Source: the human T2T-CHM13v2.0 reference genome, Homo sapiens. From it: DNA of 64,000 nt. Under the pieces are notes generated by a model. That model was given only the letters and a program-made list of their open reading frames with translations, made no database searches and was not told where the DNA came from. Positions within the stretch are counted from its first letter, which is position 1. Each line of letters opens with the position of its first letter. The position numbers were made by a program, and so were the translations under genes. Location of the stretch: NCBI RefSeq assembly GCF_009914755.1, contig NC_060934.1; one strand, given 5' to 3'. Below are positions 58,575-64,000 of this stretch, in pieces.

Positions 58575-61500
58575 AACTGGTGATTGTAACTCACTCATCT
58601 CTCTTTCCCACAGTTGTTTTGAAAACTTCTGGGTTTCTGAAATGAAGGTTCTTTGCAGAGGACAATCTTGGAAAAAAAGATGAAGTTTGATTTCCCTTTT
58701 TTCTTTGCACTATAGGGGTGTTCACTGAGGTTGCAGAGCACCAACCATGTCTGCAGAGGAGTTCACACCTCACTGGTGTTCATTGTATTGCTTCACCGTT
58801 GAGAGCCTGAATGTGAACCTTGTTGTATTAAGGTGATATTCTTGTCCTTCATGTGTTAGAATATCTATTTGCTTTGAAGAGAGAGTCAGACTCCCTGCCT
58901 TTTGGGACATGGCTTTGAGATCTGCCTTTCAGTAAGTAAGACGCTATCCTCAAATTGAGCTGGGCTACCTCTCTACATGGGAAAACCTAAGTACTTCACA
59001 GAAAGCTCGGTGACGGTTTGAGTTTCCCAGAATGCCGCACTCATCCCCAAGGATAAGTCACGTCTTTGGGGGATGATGGGGCTTCGACACTGGACACGTG
59101 GATACTGGACCGGAAGTTAGAATCCAGTCTCCCAGCCCTCAACCCCATGCTCCTTTCCATGGGGAAGGAGGAGAAGCTCGCCGCCACCCCACTGGCCTGC
59201 TCTGCTGAGGTTGTGGAGCACCGGGAAGCAGGGGCCGAGCCTTCCCCGCTCTGTGCCTGGGGGCTCTGGGCACTGTCTACACCTGGGAGGTGGTCAGCAT
59301 ATGTGCGTGGGAACTTGCTGGAAGGAAGGAATGACCCTTCTAGCCATGGAACGGTGGTCATCCGTGAGCCACGGCCTCAGGAGGTGGGTTCCCTTAAGGC
59401 TCCAGCTCTGGGGGCAGCGTCCCCTGGGAGCCTCCATTTTTAAGCCTGTGAAGAAAGGGCTGCTGACGTTTGGGGCCCCCGCTATGAGCATAGCCTCCAC
59501 TCCTCCCCAATCCCTGTCCGTGCCTCTACATACCTCTGTGGCATTTGCAAACCCTTTTCTTAGCAGGTGCTCCCATCTGTGTTTGCCCTTCTCTCCTCCC
59601 GTTTCCATGGAGAGGCTGGCACCAGGACGCGTGACTGACAGTGCTGTCTCCCCCAGCAGTCCCCTCTGAGTCTGTCGGGTGTGGGCTCCGGGCTCCACCC
59701 TGCTTCTTCCTTAGCCCGCTCTCTGCCCCTCCCACTGCCCAGGCTGCCGGGGCTTCCAGCTCCCGTGGTGCAAACGTGGCCTTTGCTGGCGGCAGGATGC
59801 GGTTGCGTCAGGAGTAAGCAGAGCTTTTGTGACCAAAATCAACCCCGGGGCATCTCAGGCTCTAGCGCTGGTGGGCGTGTGAGATCATTTCAGCCCAACC
59901 CACATCCCAGGCTTGAATCCCATTACCAGGGGCAACCGATCCTTCTTGTCCTTTCCCAGATTGGTGATGGATGTCCACTGTGTCTCCATGCAGCTGGCCA
60001 CTCTGTGGACAGCTGTTTGTGACTCAGCTCCTCCCAGCCTGAGGGCATCTGGGCCCTGCAACTCCATCCTTTGCTCCCCTTTCTTCCCGCGGGGACCCTT
60101 TCATCTCCCTGGCAGGACCCTGTCTCCACCCGAGGGCACGTTCTCTGACCTCTTCTGCGGAGTACCCTGGCTTGATGACGCTTCCTGTTCCTTCCCAGGG
60201 TTGTGCTGGGGGCATCAGTCTTTGAACAGTCCCTCCCTGAGGGCTGCCGTGTCCCCTCAGTGCCCAGGCACATCAAGCACTGCTACAAACCCAGACATTC
60301 ACAGGGACCCCTCCACCTGAAGTCCACCATAAGGTAGAAGCTTCCGGAAGGGGTGATGCAAAGGGGTCAAACATTTAGACTACGCCTCAGAGCTGCATGA
60401 TTCCTTCCTCTAACTGTGAAGCAAATACAGCGATTTCTCTGGGTCTGCCATCGAGGCCTTCTTCCCTCTGCTCTCACCTCAGGTGCCTTCCTAATGTGCA
60501 GGTGACGATTGCCTCTGAGCTCAGGCATGCAGCTTCTGGGATGCACTCTCCTTTCACGGCAAAGCATTCTGCATAGGAAAAACCGTCTCTGCGTCTCCAA
60601 GCTGTGGCCTAGCCCTTCATTCATCAAATGGGATACAACTTTCATTTCTTATTAAAATCTGGAAGTCACTCTCCATTTGTAAGATATGCCAGGGGTTGAT
60701 GTCATCTTGTAAAGGGGGACAGTGCCATTTTCTATCTTACACTTTAAAAAGACAAAACCACTAGCTACAAACATCATTCACCACAGCATGGGAGAGGCAA
60801 CCCCACAGCAAAGGTTATGTCATGTTTCATAAATGGGTATGGATTTGGGGGCTGGTTTTTTTAATAAAAACATATTTTGGTACTTTGGAACTTGACATAA
60901 TTTGAGCTGTTTATGTTGTAGATGTTATGAATAGATGTTATGGTATTAATTAATAGTGTGTATTTTCTATGTCTGGGCTTGCCTGGACCGCTGGTCCTTG
61001 CCTTTCTTTCTGACACAGAATTTCCAGGGCCTCAACCTGCTTCTGTCTGGAAGTGACAGCCCACTCCACAGGGGTCTTCAGATAGGGGTAGAAGGTGGTG
61101 CCCTGGGCTCTCCTGGCTCTAGAGAATCTGGCTCTAGAATCACGAAGCCTTCCAGCATCCCCAGCTTCCCCCTTGCAGTAATCCCATAAGGGAAGCGTTG
61201 TCCCATTTTACAGAGAGTCCGTGGGGCTGAGAGGTGTCATGAATTATTCTAATGGTAGTAACTCTATTGGAGAGGCTGAAACCCGGGGCTCGTGGATGTT
61301 GTGACCCACCCCCCACCAGAACCTCCCATCCTGACTCACTGAATATTTAGTACCATCGTCCCCTGGAGGATGGTCTAGTTGGCAAGTAGCTGAGGATTTT
61401 TAATTCTAATTTAGTTTAAACATGGCTGTTTGTTGCTGTTGCTCTCTAAAGGGCCTTATTAAAGACTCTTGCTGCAGTGAAGGTGGCCTGTCTAGGAATC

Positions 61501-62096
61501 GATATGGATGTTGAGATCTGAGACTCTACAACACCCCCAATCTCAGTCCTTCTCGCTCCATAGGCAGTTCCATTCCCTGCAGATCTAACTCTGAGATTCT
61601 CACTCCTGAAAATGCCTGGACAATAAATAAATCCAAGGTGAAGGTGTTGATGCCAGTGACCTAGCTGCATCATTTTATTCATGGCATCAAGCCTTCAAGA
61701 ATGTGGCTTAACTTGTATTTATTCACATGATAATGGCTTTTTATAAATCTGCATCTCTTCCTCCCCTAGGAAGAAAAAAAGGGCATCTCTTCATGAGTCA
61801 CTTGATTAAAATTCCTCTCCAGTACTCTGTACCATCCACTCATACTGGAATTGTTGAAAATCAGGTGATTTGCAACTCCACACTTGCCCAAATTAAACCA
61901 TGAGTGGAATTGATAATATGAATCCTGAATTTTCTGAGCTGGAAGGAGGTTCTAGTGATTACCCACACCAGGGATGGCATTTTACACATGAAGAAACAGA
62001 GGCCCCAGGGTTGTTTCTGATCCAGGTAGGATCAATATCTCGGTAGAGAAAAGGGGGAATTTTTTTGCTTATACTTTTTAAAATAAGCTACTTGTG

Positions 62097-62395
<299 letters not shown>

Positions 62396-62412
62396 TAAGC
62401 TACTCGTAAGGG

Positions 62413-62444
62413 GTGTGTGTGTGTGTGTGTACATGCATGTGTGT
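62413..62444. repeat. (TG)n microsatellite
   Basis: Direct inspection. Confidence 0.85.
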
Positions 62445-62973
62445 AATCTCTGTGGCGTGTGACCTGGATATATTCATAAAGGTGTAAGAATAATTCAAGT
62501 AGGTAACGCTCTCTCACATTTTTTAAAAAAAGAAAGAAGGAAAATATTTATTCCTTATATTTCAGGATGGCAGTCAATTAGGGTGTGATGTGACTTAAAG
62601 GTCACAGGAGACCTTGCCTCTTGCCAAGTGCTGCCACGACTGTGTGGAAAATCTCTTGTGTACTGGGGACCCAGTTTCTTTCCTGTGAAGGGAGTTGACA
62701 GAAATAAAAAAGATCACTGAATGAGATAATCGTTGTAAAGGAGCCAGCATAGCAGCCCCTTAATTAGGGGGAGTGTGCTGTGTCACTGAAACACTCTTTG
62801 TTTCCAATCAGGGAGCTCTCACTGATCAGTCAGGACTCTAATTGTTGGATAGAGTCAACAATTAGAAAAAAAGTTATAGTCTCCTAGGAGACATAGACAA
62901 GTGAGCTGACAGGGTGGGCTCAGCTCACCCTGTCCCAGCACCTTGGGAGGAGTGTCAAGGCAAACGACAGGCA

Positions 62974-63075
62974 GCTGGGTGCAGTGGTGTGAGCCTGTGA
63001 TTCCTGCTACTTAGGAGGCTGAGGTGGGAGGATCGCTTGAGCCTGTGAGTACAAGGCTAGCTTGGGCAATTTTGG
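62974..63075 (+). mobile_element. FLAM/Alu monomer
   Basis: gctgggtgcagtggtgtgagcctgt...ggaggatcgcttgagcc...agcttgggcaa. Confidence 0.75.
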
Positions 63076-63403
63076 GGAGACAGAATAAACAAAAATTGAC
63101 TTTTTTTAAAAAATAAGTTTGTATTTTCTTCAATTCAAAACATTTTTAGAATTGATATTACTTTTTATAGCTTTAAGGCATATTTCACATCGATATTACT
63201 TCTTAATATATATATTTTTTTGCTACAGATTTGGAGTGTGTAAATTGATAAAATTAGTATCAATGCTATTGTAACTACCTGGAATTGGTTAAATAGCAGC
63301 AGTGCCAGTCACCTTTCTTAGAGTAGAGATTGCCAGCAGGCAATATCTTCATCCTCAGGACCCAGGTCTCTCTTCTCTGACCCTGCCTGGACCCTGACAA
63401 TCC

Positions 63404-63515
63404 CAGGGCGCTCTGCGTTGGAATCAATTTGGATGTGTGTTACCAGATCTTCGCTGAAGCAGGGCACTCTGCATTGGAGTAAATTTGGATGTGTGTTACC
63501 AGATCTTCGCTGAAG
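63404..63515. repeat. Tandem duplication, 2 x 56 bp
   Basis: cagggc.ctctgc.ttgga.t.aatttggatgtgtgttaccagatcttcgctgaag at 63404 and 63460. Confidence 0.92.
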
Positions 63516-63830
63516 AACGCAAGGAACCCAGCATGCAAAGCTGGCCACTACAGTTACATTTTTCCCTCCCTTTGAAAAAAATTTTATGAATGCCTTTCTG
63601 AACAAAGAATATGAACTAACCCTCATCATTCATTACATTTAAATAGCATAACATGCCATTGAAATCCTTTTCCAGACGTTTCAGCAAGTGAAATCATTTG
63701 TGGTTCATGTTATAGCTTTTTCAGTAACATGAATTGAGAAATTTTTCTTCTTACTAATAAAAGGGAATCATTCCCGCAGTTAAAGAATTCATCTTGGAAT
63801 CCTCTGGTTTTTCATCATGCTTTACTTTTA

Positions 63831-63878
63831 AAACTTCCCGTTCTGCTGTAGCAAACTTCCCATTCTGCTGTGGCAAAC
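63831..63878. repeat. Tandem duplication, 2 x 22 bp
   Basis: aaacttccc(g/a)ttctgctgt(a/g)gc twice. Confidence 0.88.
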
Positions 63879-64000
63879 ACGAGTGCATATTAGTTTTCAT
63901 CTTTGGAAGATGAATGAAGTATGTGACTTTTCAAACAGGGATCTCACATTTTAAGTCTAGTTATTCCAGAATAAAAACAAGCCAGAGGCCCAAACACAGG

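Noticed and set aside
63404-63515. CRISPR-like repeat-spacer structure (also 649-694 and 51650-51708)
   Set aside because: Only two copies, the 'spacers' are themselves homologous, there are no cas genes, and the context is mammalian.

Overview
Human/primate genomic DNA, recognisable as the CLRN3-PTPRE region (chr10q26.2, from recall). The complete three-exon CLRN3 (clarin-3) gene lies on the minus strand. Its CDS is 17312-17084, 8404-8225 and 2951-2680, giving 681 nt = 226 aa + stop, with all introns GT-AG and an AATAAA at 2394-2399. About 14 kb upstream, in divergent orientation, a CpG island (~31.4-32.5 kb) holds a plus-strand first exon ending at a GAG|GTGAGC donor (31838), which I recognise as PTPRE exon 1. 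The remaining ~32 kb is then PTPRE intron 1. The rest is ordinary interspersed repeat: ~16 Alus (one nested), THE1/MST/MLT1 solo LTRs (three with clean 5-bp TSDs), old L1/L2/MIR, MADE1, hAT and Tigger MITEs, and several short local tandem duplications. Nearly all ORF-track entries are spurious. I see no evidence of a new multi-gene system. The best leads are regulatory: an ATG in PTPRE exon 1 that runs open into the splice donor, HNF4/CDX/GATA motifs at CLRN3, MaLR LTRs pointing at CLRN3, an old ~200-bp duplication flanking a MADE1 hairpin, and a TAAT-rich block with convergent polyA signals near 53.4-54.2 kb. Repeat subfamily names and most repeat boundaries were read by eye and are approximate.
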